From the NCBI RefSeq assembly GCF_030867145.1, contig NC_134414.1:22806810-22870809 (forward strand): DNA of 64,000 nucleotides. Direction: 5' to 3'. Of this stretch, positions 24,581-38,035 are shown piece by piece. Each line of letters starts with the position of its first letter. Within the stretch, counting starts at the first letter, position 1. The notes beneath the pieces were generated by a model that did no database searches, was not told where the DNA came from, and saw only the letters and a program-made list of their open reading frames with translations. Source of the DNA: Opisthocomus hoazin. Lineage: Eukaryota. The position numbers were made by a program, and so were the translations under genes.

Positions 24581-26497
24581 GTGAGTGTTTAGTAGTTACA
24601 CAATTATTTCAGTAATATTCAAGGTATAGTGCACAGAATACCTCTAAAGAGGACTGAATTGTCAGGTTCTGTTACTGTGCAGTGTTGATTGCACTAATAG
24701 GATTGCAGAGCTGACATATTTGCCATAACCTATATATTGCTCAAGTATGTAGGGAGCACTGTGCCAGGAACACGTGAACTTCTGTTTGTCTGCAGCGAAG
24801 TTCAGTAGTTGACTTTCACTTGGCATTTTATCTAAATTTTTAAGTCATTTAAAATTCATAGAACAGTAGTTTATGTAACTCAATTCCACCTTACAGTTCT
24901 TTATGATAGAAACAATTGAGTAAAGTTTTGGGGAATTTGCTATTATGTGAACCCACAGGACTGCTCTTTGTAGACAGCAGTTGTCTATGTTAGGGCCTAT
25001 AATATAAGTCATAAACTAACTAATTATAAGCACAGGGTTTTCCCCAAAGACTCTGTCTTTACTCTTACACAATAGATAAGCATAATGACATTGCAAGAAC
25101 TGGAGCATATTTAGCCCCTTTCAGTCTCTGCATTTGCAATCTTAGTTTTTAATCTAAAAACAATTTTAAAAAACTTCAACTGCAGTAGAAGCATGCTGAA
25201 GGGTCAGGGTCCAAGTAAGGTTCTTAAAAAAAAAAAAAACAAACCAAAAAAACCCTTCATATAAAAAAGTTCATATAGCAACTTCGTAAATTAGGACATA
25301 ATATATCTCTAGTCCTCAACAAAAGAAACCACACAGTTTGAGTAAAGTGTTCAAAATTACGGAAGAGGCTAGGTCCTATGTACCGATATTATTTTAGCAT
25401 TTAGGAACTCAAAACTTGACTGAAACTTATTGAATCCTGAAAGTGTGTTTGGTTTGTAAATGGGTCTTTTTGGTTTTACTTTCCAGGTATTACCTGCTTT
25501 CAGTATCTAAATGTAAAATGGTGATCCTTAAGTCCTCTTCTCAGTTGCTTTGTAAATCCAGAGGTTCCTCACTGTGTGACAGTTAGGAATCCTAGAATCC
25601 TAAAATTATCTTCTGGGTATTTCATAGGGTATCACTATCTTTCCACTATTAAGCAACTCAGTCCTTAGTCCAGAGTCTGTCGTCTGAGGAAGTATATTCT
25701 GAGCCTGCATACACAGCAGACTGCTTAAGCAGAGGGAAGCTGGTGAGCACACTGTTCTCCACTCAGACCTTTACACAATAGTTAAGTAGAGCATTCAGCT
25801 GGCAAAGATAAAGGTAAGAAGAAATAAAGAGAGAATCTGAATCTTTTGTTTAGTGTCATCACAGGAAGGGAAGGACACGAATCTTCATGACAGCCCTGTC
25901 CAGTAAATTTTACTCCATGTAAAATGCATAAATCCTGATGGAGGTGTGATTGAAACCCAAGTTTTCGTCCTCTCAAGTGTATTTCTTAGTTGGGAAGTCT
26001 TTATTAATTGGGAGTTACTACTTCGAGACAGCCTAAACTGTGATGCTAAGATGTTTGTAGTTGAGCCAAGACAGTGAGGTCTCTGAGTATTCTCTGCAAA
26101 AGAATTTTTAGTACAAGATAAATTTGCTGGCAGTAATTGATATACTTACAGACTCTGAGCTAGTTAGAGTTATATGGGGCTTTGTGTGTCACGTCTTTGA
26201 ATTTAGATCTTGAAATGTCAAATAAGGTAAGTTCATATGACTTTTAAGTGTGAAAACACAGTTTCGGTTTCTCCCTAAATGTCTGAACAGGTCTTGAACT
26301 TAGTCATTAAGTTTTTAGTGTCTGTGATGATTGTTCTCTTATATTATTTTCTTTAATAATTGCCACCCAAATTGCTAAAAAAAAAGTTGAACATTACTTT
26401 GAGATTCAGAATAAGACTTTCTCTTTTAGCAGTGTATTGATCTTAAAAGCACTTTCTAATGCAAGAGATCTGAAAGATGATTTAAAATTTCTTGCAG

Positions 26498-26635
26498 TGA
26501 CTGTCCAGTGAGAATTTTACAAGTGTTTAGGGTTGGCAGAAGAAGTGAAACAGCAGAATTTGTGAGCAGTCTTGGCAACATTCGATCTCTATTCCATGCA
26601 TCATCTGTGCGCAACTTCATGGGAATTCTTTCAAG
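26498..26635 (+). CDS. PARP4: PARP4 coding exon, (N)DCPVRILQVFRVGRRSETAEFVSSLGNIRSLFHASSVRNFMGILS plus AG. It contains H-A-S at the position of the PARP H-G-S motif.
   Basis: Matches human SPVDVLQIFRVGRVNETTEFLSKLGNVRPLLHGSPVQNIVGILC (recalled). Acceptor is cttgcag at 26496-97 and donor GTAAAA at 26636. Confidence 0.8.
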
Positions 26636-27917
26636 GTAAAAATTTACATTCCGTTTTTGTGACATTTAGTCCGGCTTACCTATATTCTTAAATATATTTT
26701 TACTTTTAATTTTTTTATGAAGTGCTTCTGCATTATATTTAACCTAGTTTTTATGGTTATCATTTATATGAACATCCGTATACTTCTACAGACCTCTGGA
26801 AGGAAAATCAGTCTTTTGTAATGATAAATTTAATTACTCTCATAGTAGATTAGAATTGAGATGCAACTATTTGGATATGATGGTGAGGAGTGTGGTTTAA
26901 ATCCAGATGAAAGATGACAAAATTGAGAGAGCAAGACAGCAATGGCTGTGTGGAAAATTAATTCTGTTTTAGGAAAGAATTGCATTGACGATGTCCTCCT
27001 TTCACTTCTATACATTATTTCCCCATGACTATTTTATTTGGCATATATTTAGATAATTTCCTGGAATAACAGAATATCTGGTTCTGTGATTGAATATCCT
27101 GGCTGCACTCAAGCATGGTAATAATGGTAAAATAATATAACCCCTAGTAGCCTGACATGTTTAAATCCTCATCACAGTGTGTATGCAGTGAATACCAGCC
27201 ACTGAAAATTGAAGGATATTTTAAAAAACGTATCTGATACATAACACCGTTTGAATTTAAACACCTCAAAAGTCATACTAGCATTCTGTTTTCCTCATAG
27301 TGAAGATTTTAATTGTAAGTTATGAAACTGTTGAACTTAAATAAGTATTGTGTCTTTTTACATTCTTTATATATAAAATATTTTCCGTAGGCATCAATCA
27401 GTAGTAAATCAGATGTCTCATAAACAGTCTAAAGATGGTAGCTCTACACTTCATAGGTTTGCAAATCAAACACTGGAAAAGTTTCCAAGTATCCATTCCC
27501 CAGCATTCTACCTTTAAAATTCATACTTTATTTTTCTTAGATACAAAAATTTTGTAGAGCTTTTTTGAAATTAAATACAGCACGGTTGCTGAAAATGTAG
27601 AACTACTCATCTAATAACCAGAAAATTATTCGAATGTTTGGCAAGTAATCTGGAAAATGTGTTGGTTTTGTGCTAAATGAAGAAAAGTGAACAGTCTTTA
27701 TTGCTTATGTAATCAGTGTCTTTGTAATTAATATGACTTTGGGATTCATTGTTTTATGAATAGACTTTATTTTCCTTGAGTGTTTATGGATGGTTTCTGT
27801 AAAGTGTATTTTGTTTTAATCCTCTGTGGTTCGTAATTGCACCATGTGTATTAGCACACATGCTAGATGCAAAAGTATTTTGTACTTCATTCATTGTGTG
27901 ACCTTCTTTTTCTCTAG

Positions 27918-28016
27918 AGGACTTCTGATGCCAAAAGTGGTTGTTGAAGATCATGGCCTGGAAAGAACTGACATTGGAAATCTGGGCAGTGGCATTTACT
28001 TCAGTGATTCTGTTAG
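27918..28016 (+). CDS. PARP4: PARP4 coding exon, (R)GLLMPKVVVEDHGLERTDIGNLGSGIYFSDSV plus AG (catalytic Tyr in GIYFSD).
   Basis: Matches human RGLLLPKVVEDRGVQRTDVGNLGSGIYFSDSL (recalled). Donor is AG|GTCTGA at 28017. Confidence 0.8.
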
Positions 28017-28215
28017 GTCTGAATAATGACAATATCTCTTTACTTTATCCTTTGTATGTGTATTCTTTTTACTGTTCAAATGAAGTAAATATAATTTAAT
28101 TATAAAGTTTATTCCTGTCCATCTGTTCAGAAGTACTTGTGTGTCCTTAAACTCCTATGATGTTTACATTAATATAATTTTTAATAAAATGTGTATGATC
28201 TTTCTTTACATATAG

Positions 28216-28399
28216 TGCCAGTATTAAGTATTCTTCACCCAGTGAAATGGATGGAACCCGGCTCCTGGCAGTTTGTGATGTGGCACTTGGATACTGCTTA
28301 GATTTGTATGAACGAGATTATTCATTAAATAATGCACCATCAGGTTATGACAGTGTGCATGGAGTCCGTAAAACAGCAGATGTCTCTTCAGACTTTGAG
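28216..28399 (+). CDS. PARP4: PARP4 coding exon, (S)ASIKYSSPSEMDGTRLLAVCDVALGYCLDLYERDYSLNNAPSGYDSVHGVRKTADVSSDFE. Donor is GTACTG at 28400.
   Basis: Matches human STSIKYSHPGETDGTRLLLICDVALGKCMDLHEKDFSLTEAPPGYDSVHGVSQTASVTTDFE (recalled). Confidence 0.85.
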
Positions 28400-29154
28400 G
28401 TACTGATCCTGCAGTACTGCACTCTTGAAAAGGCACCAGATTTTGCATTTATTGTAACACTGATATATAACAGAATGAATGTAACTGGCATTTCGATTCA
28501 GACACTAAATCAGTAGAGAGTAATGCATAAAATCACTTTTGTCTGTCTTGCAGCCTGTAAAGTGCATATAAAGCCTCTAAGCCTCTGAATTGCTATTTGT
28601 AAAGAATTATTGCAAGAAAATGATACTTAAAAGATAAGATGTAAATATTATATTTTATTCTGAGTCGTATATTTATCTGGTCTGTGATACTTAAATTGTT
28701 ATTTGGAAGCTATATTCTACTTTGTATGAAATAAGAAATCACTGCCATGGAAGTTTCATTGTTTGGTAAATAAATCCAGCTAATAAAAAATCCCTCTCTT
28801 TATAGGTTGGTACTCTAAAGCAGGTATGATAGCTGTAGTGGCATGCTAACAGATACAGTTGCTCTCTAGATGTCCGTTGGTTTTTTACTTCTTTTGTTCT
28901 TAGATACTCTGAGGAATGATTGTTCTTTATGGATGAGAGGAAATACAAGGTGTATGGAGAATACAAAGTGAGAAGATAAGAAATGCAAGTGGTGGTTATA
29001 CAGAGAGATTAGGGGAGTGAAAATAAAAGCTGTCAGATATTATGTTTCAAAAATCATGTGTCATTTAGGTTCACCTCTTAATCAATTTGCATTGTTTTAG
29101 GTATTATCTGCAGCTTTGTTTTTATTATAAAATACCTTTCTCTGTTTTTAACAG

Positions 29155-29317
29155 GATGATGAATTTGTTGTATATAGCACCTGTCAGGTTAAAATCAGAT
29201 ATGTTGTTAAGTTTTGCCTTGCTGAAGATGAAATAAAACGATTTCAGCCTGCAGTTGGGGCGGAACCGGAGCAAGATAACAATAAGCCAAAGTCACAATG
29301 TAATTTACAGCATGAGA
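29155..29317 (+). CDS. PARP4: PARP4 coding exon (end of the catalytic domain, catalytic Glu in DDEFVVY), DDEFVVYSTCQVKIRYVVKFCLAEDEIKRFQPAVGAEPEQDNNKPKSQCNLQHE plus A. Donor is GTAAGA at 29318.
   Basis: Matches human DDEFVVYKTNQVKMKYIIKFSMPGDQIKDFHPSDHTELEE (recalled). Confidence 0.8.
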
Positions 29318-29855
29318 GTAAGAAATGTTTTCTGTTTGTATATTGACTTGCTTCCAGAGTTTCCTAAATACTTATCAGAACCCTTTTTAGAGAACTTGTG
29401 TGAAGATAACGTAATAAAAAATAATTTGTAGTGTATTTGCGGAGGTTACCAAATTAGTGATTACCATGCGGCATCTGTGTAGCATCTGTTCAACAGATTT
29501 CTTATAGACATAATTACCAGCAGCAGTTGCAACTCCTCTTGCACAGTGTGTTTCTGGAGAAGCACAGGAAGCACTTGTGTGCATAAATGATCAGATGGTC
29601 TTTAAATAATTCAAATGCAAGGTTCTAAACAAAGACCTTGTAAGACCTTAAAGAACTATCATGAACTCATGATCCCTTAGACAGACAGCCTACAGCTCAG
29701 CAATACAACTCAAGTATTCATAACGGAAACTGAGTGTTACTCTTGTGTTATGAATTGCGTAAATAAACATGGGCCATTGATACAGGATTAATTTTCTTTC
29801 CCCAAGGTATATTTCAAAAAATATCTTTTTAATCTTTTGTAAACTCTTTGTTTAG

Positions 29856-29980
29856 GCTATGCATTACCAAGTGCAAATCTTTTGAATCCTGTAAAAACTG
29901 GTCTTCAGGACAGACTGGGAAATCCTGTCCCTCTGGAAGGTGTTTATATCAAGGGGAGGATAATAGACTTTGTAGCACAG
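29856..29980 (+). CDS. PARP4: PARP4 coding exon, (S)YALPSANLLNPVKTGLQDRLGNPVPLEGVYIKGRIIDFVAQ. Donor is GTAGAG at 29981.
   Basis: Matches human AGLQDASGNLVPLEDVHIKGRIIDTVAQ (recalled). Confidence 0.8.
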
Positions 29981-31467
29981 GTAGAGTATGCTATTTATTG
30001 TCCTTTTCCGTAACTTAGCCCTGAAAAATTAATCTGTTTGTTAAACAGTGTTTTAGTCCTATATCATGACCTAAGTCTTTCTGCCCTACGTCAAAAATGC
30101 TATTTAGTGTGCAGTTAATTGGAAAAAAAAAAGTCAATTCAGTCTCTCAGTGAAGGAAAGTCCTGAAACTGAGCGGAAACAGGTTTTTATCCTTAGACAT
30201 GTATAGTCAAACAAATGCCAAAAGCTCTGTGGACACTGAAAGGCTTGGCTTTATTTTTAAGTTTGTTTTCTGCCTATATGTAATTAAGTCACTATTGTAG
30301 AGAAACTTTGTGCAGTAGTGTACGCATTCTGTTCCCTTTAAACGACCTTCTTGGTGACCTGCTTGCCAGCTGAATTAAAAACCAGTGAGAAATACCTAGG
30401 ATGATTAAAGGTTTGTGGAAGTGGTTTTGTGTTTTGGTTTTGGACAACCTAAATTAGCTGTCAAAAGTAAAATGTCAGTGAATGCAAAAGAACTTGCTAT
30501 TCTAACCTGAAAATCAGCTAATAAAAGTTAGCTAAGTGTCGCAGAAAGAGTGGCGGACTTCACTCATGCGAGAGAAGCACCAATGTATTTTATTGATATA
30601 AGACAGTGAGTTATCAAAGTTCAGTGGTAAATGCAACAGTGGTTTACCAAGATTTGATGGCAAGGTACACTTGATTATTTACTGCATAGAGGACAGGGTC
30701 AGACAAAATTGTTGGGGAGACTCTCCCGTTGAGTCTTGAGGTTCAGAGAGGACCCTCTTGCATTCTAAACTCCTTCTCAGAGAGGAGTCTTGGTGCCACT
30801 GGATCCAGACTTAGTCCCAGACTTGGTCAACAGTTTATGTCTAAAGGATTACATATGCGCAATCAATCCCTTGTATCACTTAGCTAAGATTACGAATCTT
30901 TACATGGGAAGTAAACAGGAGAGCAGATGCAAGAAGAAATTCAGGTGCAATCTGCTACCTCAGAGACAGAAATTCTGTCATTAGAAGATGGATACTATAC
31001 AGTTAAAAGCAACAGGCTCTTCCAAACATCCCTTTTAGTATATAGTAAAAATAGACCAATTTTTTTGTGGAGGTTTACTCTTCCTTGTTGTTTAGTCCTT
31101 ACTAGCTTTAAGCTATTACAGACACACTGCAGTGGTTACTTCTTTTGTAGGCAGTAGCTTGACAGCTCCAACTCTGCCAGTATATCAGATAACCTTTACA
31201 AGGTCACAGTTTACTCTTCTTCTGGAAGAGATTTGATTAATGATTTAGAGATTAAAAGTTATTCAGCTCCTTGCATGCTTCTGGAGATACTATTTGTCAA
31301 CCAATGATGAATGTTATACCTTAATTTCTACGGTACAAATAGAAGTCCCAGTTGTGGCGTACCTATTGACGTTTTGCAGCGCAGAGCAGTTATGCTGTTA
31401 CACTTAAAGTACTGATGTTTTAATCACATTTTAACATTACAGTTAACACAAAAAATACTCATTTCAG

Positions 31468-31599
31468 GTAGTAATATTTCAGACCTACACCAATCAAAAC
31501 AGTAAACCAATTGAAGCTACATATGTCTTTCCTTTGGATGATAAAGCTGCTGTTTGTGGATTTGAAGCTTTTATCAATGGAAAACACGTCATTGGAGAG
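31468..31599 (+). CDS. PARP4: PARP4 coding exon (start of the VIT domain), VVIFQTYTNQNSKPIEATYVFPLDDKAAVCGFEAFINGKHVIGE.
   Basis: Matches human VIVFQTYTNKSHVPIEAKYIFPLDDKAAVCGFEAFINGKHIVGE (recalled). Acceptor is tttcag (31466-67) and donor GTAAAA (31600). Confidence 0.9.
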
Positions 31600-31824
31600 G
31601 TAAAATCTTATTGTACTTTGCCTTTGGTGCAGCTCCTTCAATCTCAAGATCTGAAAGCACTTAATTAGCAATGAAGATGTGCAACACTAATTTTGATTTC
31701 TTTCATGTCCTTTGTTGTTACCACTTGACTAGATTTCAAGGTGATCATGTCATTTAAGAGAATGTTCGTTAAGCTTTTCTGTCTGTAGAGATGAAATGAC
31801 TTATTTTGGAACAATCTTTCATAG

Positions 31825-31911
31825 GTTAAAGAAAAGAAACAAGCGCATAGGGAATATCGGAAAGCTATCAGTCAGGGTGATGGAGCTTATCTAATGGACC
31901 AAGATGCACCG
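31825..31911 (+). CDS. PARP4: PARP4 coding exon (VIT), VKEKKQAHREYRKAISQGDGAYLMDQDAP. Donor is GTATGT at 31912.
   Basis: Matches human IKEKEEAQQEYLEAVTQGHGAYLMSQDAP (recalled). Confidence 0.85.
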
Positions 31912-32366
31912 GTATGTTGAATATTGTGGTTTAGTATCTACTTGAAAATTTTGCATTTCTCCCATTACAGATCGTTTGATGAATCATGTCTTTGTTGGGA
32001 AGCTCCTTTTTACTAAAACTTACTTGGACCGTAAATTTGATGATTTTTAAAAATAACTATTGTTTCTTTAAACATGTGCTGTGGCTTACATAAAACAAAT
32101 ATTTGTCTTTCAAGTGGTTTCCTTTTTTTTGTAAAGATTGATTTATTCAGTTACAACTCATCGTTTTTTGTCAGAAATTAAGGAATTATAGAAAGTTTGA
32201 CATTTCATATTATAGTCCTATTTTTCCTTACACTTCGCCAAAACCAAATAGTAGTTTCTGTGTTAGCATTTAGTTTCAGTGTGCCTAAACATCAATTAAA
32301 TTATTGTTTTGGAAAACATAGGCTTTAATGATGTCATTTGGCTAGTTTGTATTTTTTGTTTTTTAG

Positions 32367-32531
32367 GATATCTTTGTAATAAGTGTTGGAAACTTACCTC
32401 CAAATTCTACAGTTCTGATCAAAATCACCTATATCGCTGAACTGAGTTTTCAGCATGGTTGTATCACCTTTCATATGCCTGCTTCTGTGTCACCATGGCA
32501 ACAGGAGAAAGCATTAAATGAAAACACGCAG
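32367..32531 (+). CDS. PARP4: PARP4 coding exon (VIT), DIFVISVGNLPPNSTVLIKITYIAELSFQHGCITFHMPASVSPWQQEKALNENTQ. Donor is GTTTGT at 32532.
   Basis: Matches human DVFTVSVGNLPPKAKVLIKITYITELSILGTVGVFFMPATVAPWQQDKALNENLQ (recalled). Confidence 0.9.
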
Positions 32532-33367
32532 GTTTGTTAAAATAGAATTTTAAAATCTCCTTGTTTTGAAGCAAAAGTTCTGCGCCTAGGGGACTGTAGT
32601 ATCTCAAGAGGCTTCAGTAAGTTTATGATTGTTTTCATGTCTTCTCTTTTGTTAGAAGATAATTGTTTCTAACCGTTCTTGTCAGCAATGTGAACACAAA
32701 CTTAGGAATGCTGTGATTGGTAGATGGCTCTAACTATCTCAGGATGTATTTGCTCCTGCCGGACTTAGAAAGCTGACTTGACTTGTCACATGTTAGATCT
32801 CATAGTTTATGTGCTGTTTCTGTGCTGCTGTTCCGCCTTTGGCTTGCAAGGATGTTGTATTATCTCCATCATGAAATAGCAGCCGAGTGCCTGCTGAACA
32901 CTCAGCTATTATCCTTCTCTGCTTCAGGGACAACATTGCCCATCTGTGTGTTTGGATGCCCTTGATGGCTCCTGAATTCTCCATGTTGGAGGGGAGGTCA
33001 TCTCTGTGTTTAAATGCTGGCAAAGAGCTAGAGGTGGTCCTTGCAGTCCTGGTCCCTGTGAGATTGTATAGCTGTATCATGTGTCTGACTGTTCAACAAT
33101 CACGCCTTCTGCTTCAGAGCTGTATTACACTGTGTTCTGAAGTTCACTGTGTCCTTGGGAGAGAAACCTGTGCGGATTCATCTGAATTTTAGCTGCTGTG
33201 ATGCTCAGATAACAAAGCTATATGATCAAGTGAAGTAAAGACGGTTCCATGCAATCCCAACTTAGTGATACAATAAGACAAATGAGCTCCAGGGTGATAA
33301 AAGTGTCAGGAATGGCATACAAATATTTCATAACTAGTGCAGTTAAAATATTTTTTTTTCTTTGTAG

Positions 33368-33414
33368 GATACAATAAAAAAGGTTTGCGTTAAACAACTA
33401 AAACCACAGAAGAA
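33368..33414 (+). CDS. PARP4: PARP4 short coding exon, DTIKKVCVKQLKPQK plus AA. Donor is GTAAGT at 33415.
   Basis: Matches human DTVEKICIKEIGTKQ (recalled). Acceptor is tttgtag at 33366-67. Confidence 0.75.
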
Positions 33415-34179
33415 GTAAGTTGCTTTCATTAATATTGTTACCTGCTTTATTTTATTAGTACCTTAAAAGATTAAGTTAAAACATTTAATTTAAAATTTTT
33501 CTATTTATATGGAATATTTGATGGTAAGTTGCATTATCAAGTTTAATTTCATCTTTCACTCTAATCTGTTGTTATCCTTAGATAGGTAACGTCATAGGGG
33601 AATAACTTTTAATTCTTACCTTCTTTTTCTTCACTAAATACTTCCTTTTGATTCACAAACATTTCTGTTATTAAGGATTATATATAAATTCCCAAGTCAC
33701 AAAATTTAATGAGACCACGATCTTCATTTTTTTTCAGTATCGCTGCACTTAACCTTTTTTTGCATTTGCATTTTAAATAAAACTTTTCAATTGTCTGAAA
33801 CTGTGATGTTGCTGGTGAAGTAAGACTTCTTGGAAACTGAATATTATAATTTTATTCCCAGTAACATTTCTGCATATGGCTTTTCTCAACCAGAATAACA
33901 AGCAGTGCAGGTAATAGTAGCAGTAAATGTGTCAAAACTTAATGCTATTCATATTTCCATATTGAAAACCATGAAAAGTGCTTTTTTAAAAAGTTATATT
34001 TTTTAAAGTTATATTTAATCTTGAAATAGTGTTTCCTATTATTAACTTGCTTTTATTCAGTACAATTAGTACTGGTTAGTGAAAATACTGTACTGATTGG
34101 CTAAAGATTTGATGCTATTTCTGCCATATATCACGAATAAGTTAACAAGTTCATACACATTGTAGAATCATACACTCAT

Positions 34180-34325
34180 AGAATGTTTTTGGTTGGAAGA
34201 GACCTTTAAAGATCACCTAGTCCAACCTCCCTGCCATTGGCAGGGACATCTTTCACTAGACCAGGTTGCTGAAAGCCCCGTCCAACCTGGCCTTGAACAC
34301 TTGAACACCTTGACCTCTACACATC
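34180..34325 (-). mobile_element. Short CR1 3'-end fragment in inverse orientation (reverse complement of the ...GGTTGGACTAGGTGATCTTTAAAGGTCTCTTCCAACC...CATTCTATGA tail).
   Basis: The sequence tcatagaatgtttttggttggaagagacctttaaagatcacctagtccaacc is the reverse complement of the canonical CR1 3' end seen elsewhere in this window. Confidence 0.6.
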
Positions 34326-35740
34326 CAGTTGTAGAAAAAGTATTTTAAATAATACAGTTTAATTTCTAATGTTAAGGGAATATTCAAGTAGAAAATATGA
34401 CTGAAAATTGGGAAACACTTAAGAATAGTTATTGCGTGAGGATGGAAATCAGGTATCTCTATGTCTTTCCAGCTTGAGGTTCTAGAGGGAACGGTACAAA
34501 GATGTCCAAGTTAGCTGCAAATTTGCCAATACTATATACATAACATAATAAGATTTTCTAGCTGCAGGCTGGTTCTCTCTGCAGATCCTTTCGGGCTGTG
34601 CATATGTATTGCATGTTTTATCCATAAGCGTCATAAGTATAATGGAGATACGGCTGTAAATAGAAAATAATTGCTCATATGATATGCAGAATATACACAG
34701 ATTCATGGTACATTAATAATAATTGAGGTTAGGACTTGGAATAGTCAAGGACATTTATTAAAATGGGCCCATGTAACAAAAGTGCTGTAAGACTGACACA
34801 TGCAAGGCTGCACATAGATGAAATGATTGCAGCCCTACGCATCTACTTTTTGGGAGATTACATCCTGGACTACAGCAACTACCTATAACCCAGGGTTTGT
34901 TGTGCACCCAGTGAGTCAACAACCTGGAATGAACAACTATTGTGATATTGTGTCAAAAATGGCTAATGCAGTCCTAAAATATACAAACCCATAAGTAGTG
35001 AAGACAGAAGAGTATTTTACTTTGTCAGGTGAGACTGAAATTGGCAAAATACCAGTCTGGAGGCCTTAAAAAAAATGAAGAGCAAACCAAAACATAAAAA
35101 AACCTCAAACCCAACAACAACAAAAAAAACAGCCTCAAGGCCACACACATTGACCTCTCTCTGCAGACTGAGAGGTGATTCCATGATGTTGTGTGGTATC
35201 TTGTGCCTTTTATCTTGTTTTGTAGGATTGCACCTATCAAATTGCTTTTTCATGTCATTACAGAAATAAAGTAATGAGCAAAGACTGGAAATTAAAGCTG
35301 AATAAGAAAAAAGTACATGAAGTTTTAGCAGTGAGGTTTGGAGCAGTGAGCCAGGGACAACGATGAACTTGCCTTCACTAAAATCCAGTTTGACTGCCTG
35401 TTATGAAGCTTTGCTTTAGAAAATAAAACATTAGGTTAAATGAAGAGATAATTGGCTAAAATGTTGTCATGTGCTATAGAGGAGATCAAGTCAAATGACC
35501 TCTTGATCTCTTCTAACCTTTTAAACTATGAATACACATAGTGAATCAGCATGGTTATTCTTTGGGTATCCTAGGGACAGAAATTTGTCTAAGTAGTTCA
35601 GTATTCTCCACTTTCATCCAAACAGTTAAAAAGGACAGGAAACATAGCTTGTTCTCACAGAGATGTCATGGCATGCAGATTATACATCATCTTCCTTGGA
35701 GTGCCGTTCAGGTTTTTCTTTTTCTTTTCTATTTGTTTAG

Positions 35741-35822
35741 TGGATTTTCTGTGGATATGTCTATTGAGATGCCATCTAGTATTGAACGCATACGTAGTTG
35801 GACACATAAACTTAAAATAAAG
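35741..35822 (+). CDS. PARP4: PARP4 coding exon (end of VIT), (N)GFSVDMSIEMPSSIERIRSWTHKLKIK. Donor is GTAAAT at 35823.
   Basis: Matches human SFSLTMSIEMPYVIEFIFSDTHELKQK (recalled). Confidence 0.8.
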
Positions 35823-36239
35823 GTAAATTAATTTCACTGTAGCTATGCCTCTGCCTTGGCAGTTCTGCTGTGTATTTAAAATGGAACTTTTATACTAGAA
35901 AGCACTTGTGGTAGGTCTGTCTGGCTTTGTGCACTGTTCGTTCGGCAGACAGCTTGGTCCTCTGTTTCTCTTGGATGAAAATTTCTGTTGCGCTTGAAGC
36001 TTTTCTGTTTTGATTGTCTTCTTACCTAAAAATACATTCAGGAAAGTGAGTGCTGTTTTAAAGAATGTAATATGTAAATAGAAACAGTACCTTGTAAACT
36101 TTCTATCACCTTTTTGGCAAAAACCCTTGGGACTACCTATTAAATATGCTGTCGTCATTCCCTGTCCTTACAAAGTAAGTAATATTCACTGCATTGTTAT
36201 TAAATTAATATTTAAGTGCCTATTTTTCCCTTTTTCTAG

Positions 36240-36377
36240 CAAACAGACTGCAAGGCTGTAATTAAGACTGTGGAGAACAGCTTCTTGGACATTAGTGGCT
36301 TTGTTCTAGATATCTGGATTTCTCAGATCTACCTACCTCGAATGTGGGTAGAGAAGCATCCCAACAAAATGAGTGAG
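36240..36377 (+). CDS. PARP4: PARP4 coding exon, QTDCKAVIKTVENSFLDISGFVLDIWISQIYLPRMWVEKHPNKMSE. Donor is GTACTG at 36378.
   Basis: Matches human RTDCKAVISTMEGSSLDSSGFSLHIGLSAAYLPRMWVEKHPEKESE (recalled). Confidence 0.85.
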
Positions 36378-38035
36378 GTACTGCATAACTTGCACTGTTC
36401 GTGAGGTAATACTGAATATGCTAAAACATAATAAAGAGGAATAATTTAGTTTTGATGGGTGAAAGATGAAGAGCAATTTCACACCATGTGCAGTGGTCAA
36501 TTTGATCTGTTTTATTAAGCTGCGAATTCTCCAGAAATTAGTTTTCAGTTGCATAGAGTCTTGCTGCTTTTGTTTTGTCCTTTGCCTTGTAAGAAACTAA
36601 ATGTCTCAACACAGTGTCCAACCATTTCTGTTAAAACACTTTTTTCTAACTGTTGTGCTGCTATTTATATTTCATAGAAATGTGACCACAGTGTTTGATA
36701 CAGATGTTGCATTTGCAGCAGTGGAAATGAACAAATAAATCATGGCTGAGGCTGGGACTACGTAGCTTCAGAGTCATGCAATCGCTTTACTACTTCTACT
36801 AAGCAGAATTTTAAACCATTAAATTTGTAGGGCTGTATTTACAGCTTAGAAATATTTACAGACTCTGTCAGTGGTTTATTTTAAGGCATCTGGCCTTCCC
36901 AGGAGATTTTGCATTCTGTTGTAGTTATTACTGCTGCAGTGATTGTTCTCAAAAGCATTTGAATCTTTTCACTAATAAATGAAAAAGACATAGCTAATAC
37001 TTCTAGCACTGTGGATCACCCAAAACCAGAATCCAGTCACAGAAGAGCTCATTATCACTGCTGGAAAACATTAATAAAAGGTTAGGTAGGAAAGGAAGGA
37101 ACCTCTTTTAACTTCACCCGGAGTAACTCCTTGCCTGAGAAATACATTTAAAACTTAAAAGTGTATCTTAAAATGTGGGATTCAAGGTTATTAGAAGCTG
37201 TTTCTTTCTCCCACATTTTTTGTGAAGTCCCTGGCGCTTTTGGTTATTTTCAGTTTCTTTTTTAAATTTTTTTTTTCCTTAGGTAAGAATCAGTGCAGCA
37301 GAGGTGAAATGTAGAATCTTGGTGTTACCAATCTGCCAATGTAATGTTGAAATTTATTAAAATAGGTAAAATGACAGATAAGATTGTTTTCTTCCCGACA
37401 ATGATGTCTTTTATTTTTCTTCCCTTTAATCATAGTTGCTCAGTTTAAATGTATTAGTTTAGGGATTTCTTTCTAATGATTGCAATAATACTGGTATACC
37501 CTCAAGGAAAGGAGCAAGGAGGAGATTCCCATTTGTGTTTCCAAACTGCAAACCTTTCCTTCCCTAACACTTTTTTCAAGCATTTCATTGTTCTGCTTTT
37601 GAAAACCTTTGTTTTTTATAGCACCTCTCTTCATAGCAAGGACAGTGTGCACTTCTGATTTGCATATTTTTTTAGTTCTAGTGCTTCTCACAAACTGATG
37701 GTGGCGGTGATTGTAAAAGGTGATCTCTGTGATTTTTTTTTTTTTTAACTTGTAGAAGAGAATCTATTGTTGTTTGCAGAAAAGTGAATCAGATAGGAAT
37801 ATGAAACCACAAAATTCCTTTTTCAGTTTTTCATGTGAGACCTGGGATATAGGTAAATGACAGGGAAGTTGCACTTTTCAGGCATTAAGAGTAAATGACA
37901 TGTATTTGTTAAAACTTTGAAATATGGCTATATTCTGCTCTCATTCCATAATAAGAAAATTGGAGGTGCTTGGGTACATTTCTGATAAAATGGTATTTGT
38001 CCGCTGTGCTGATGATTTTGTTTCTCTCTCTGTAG

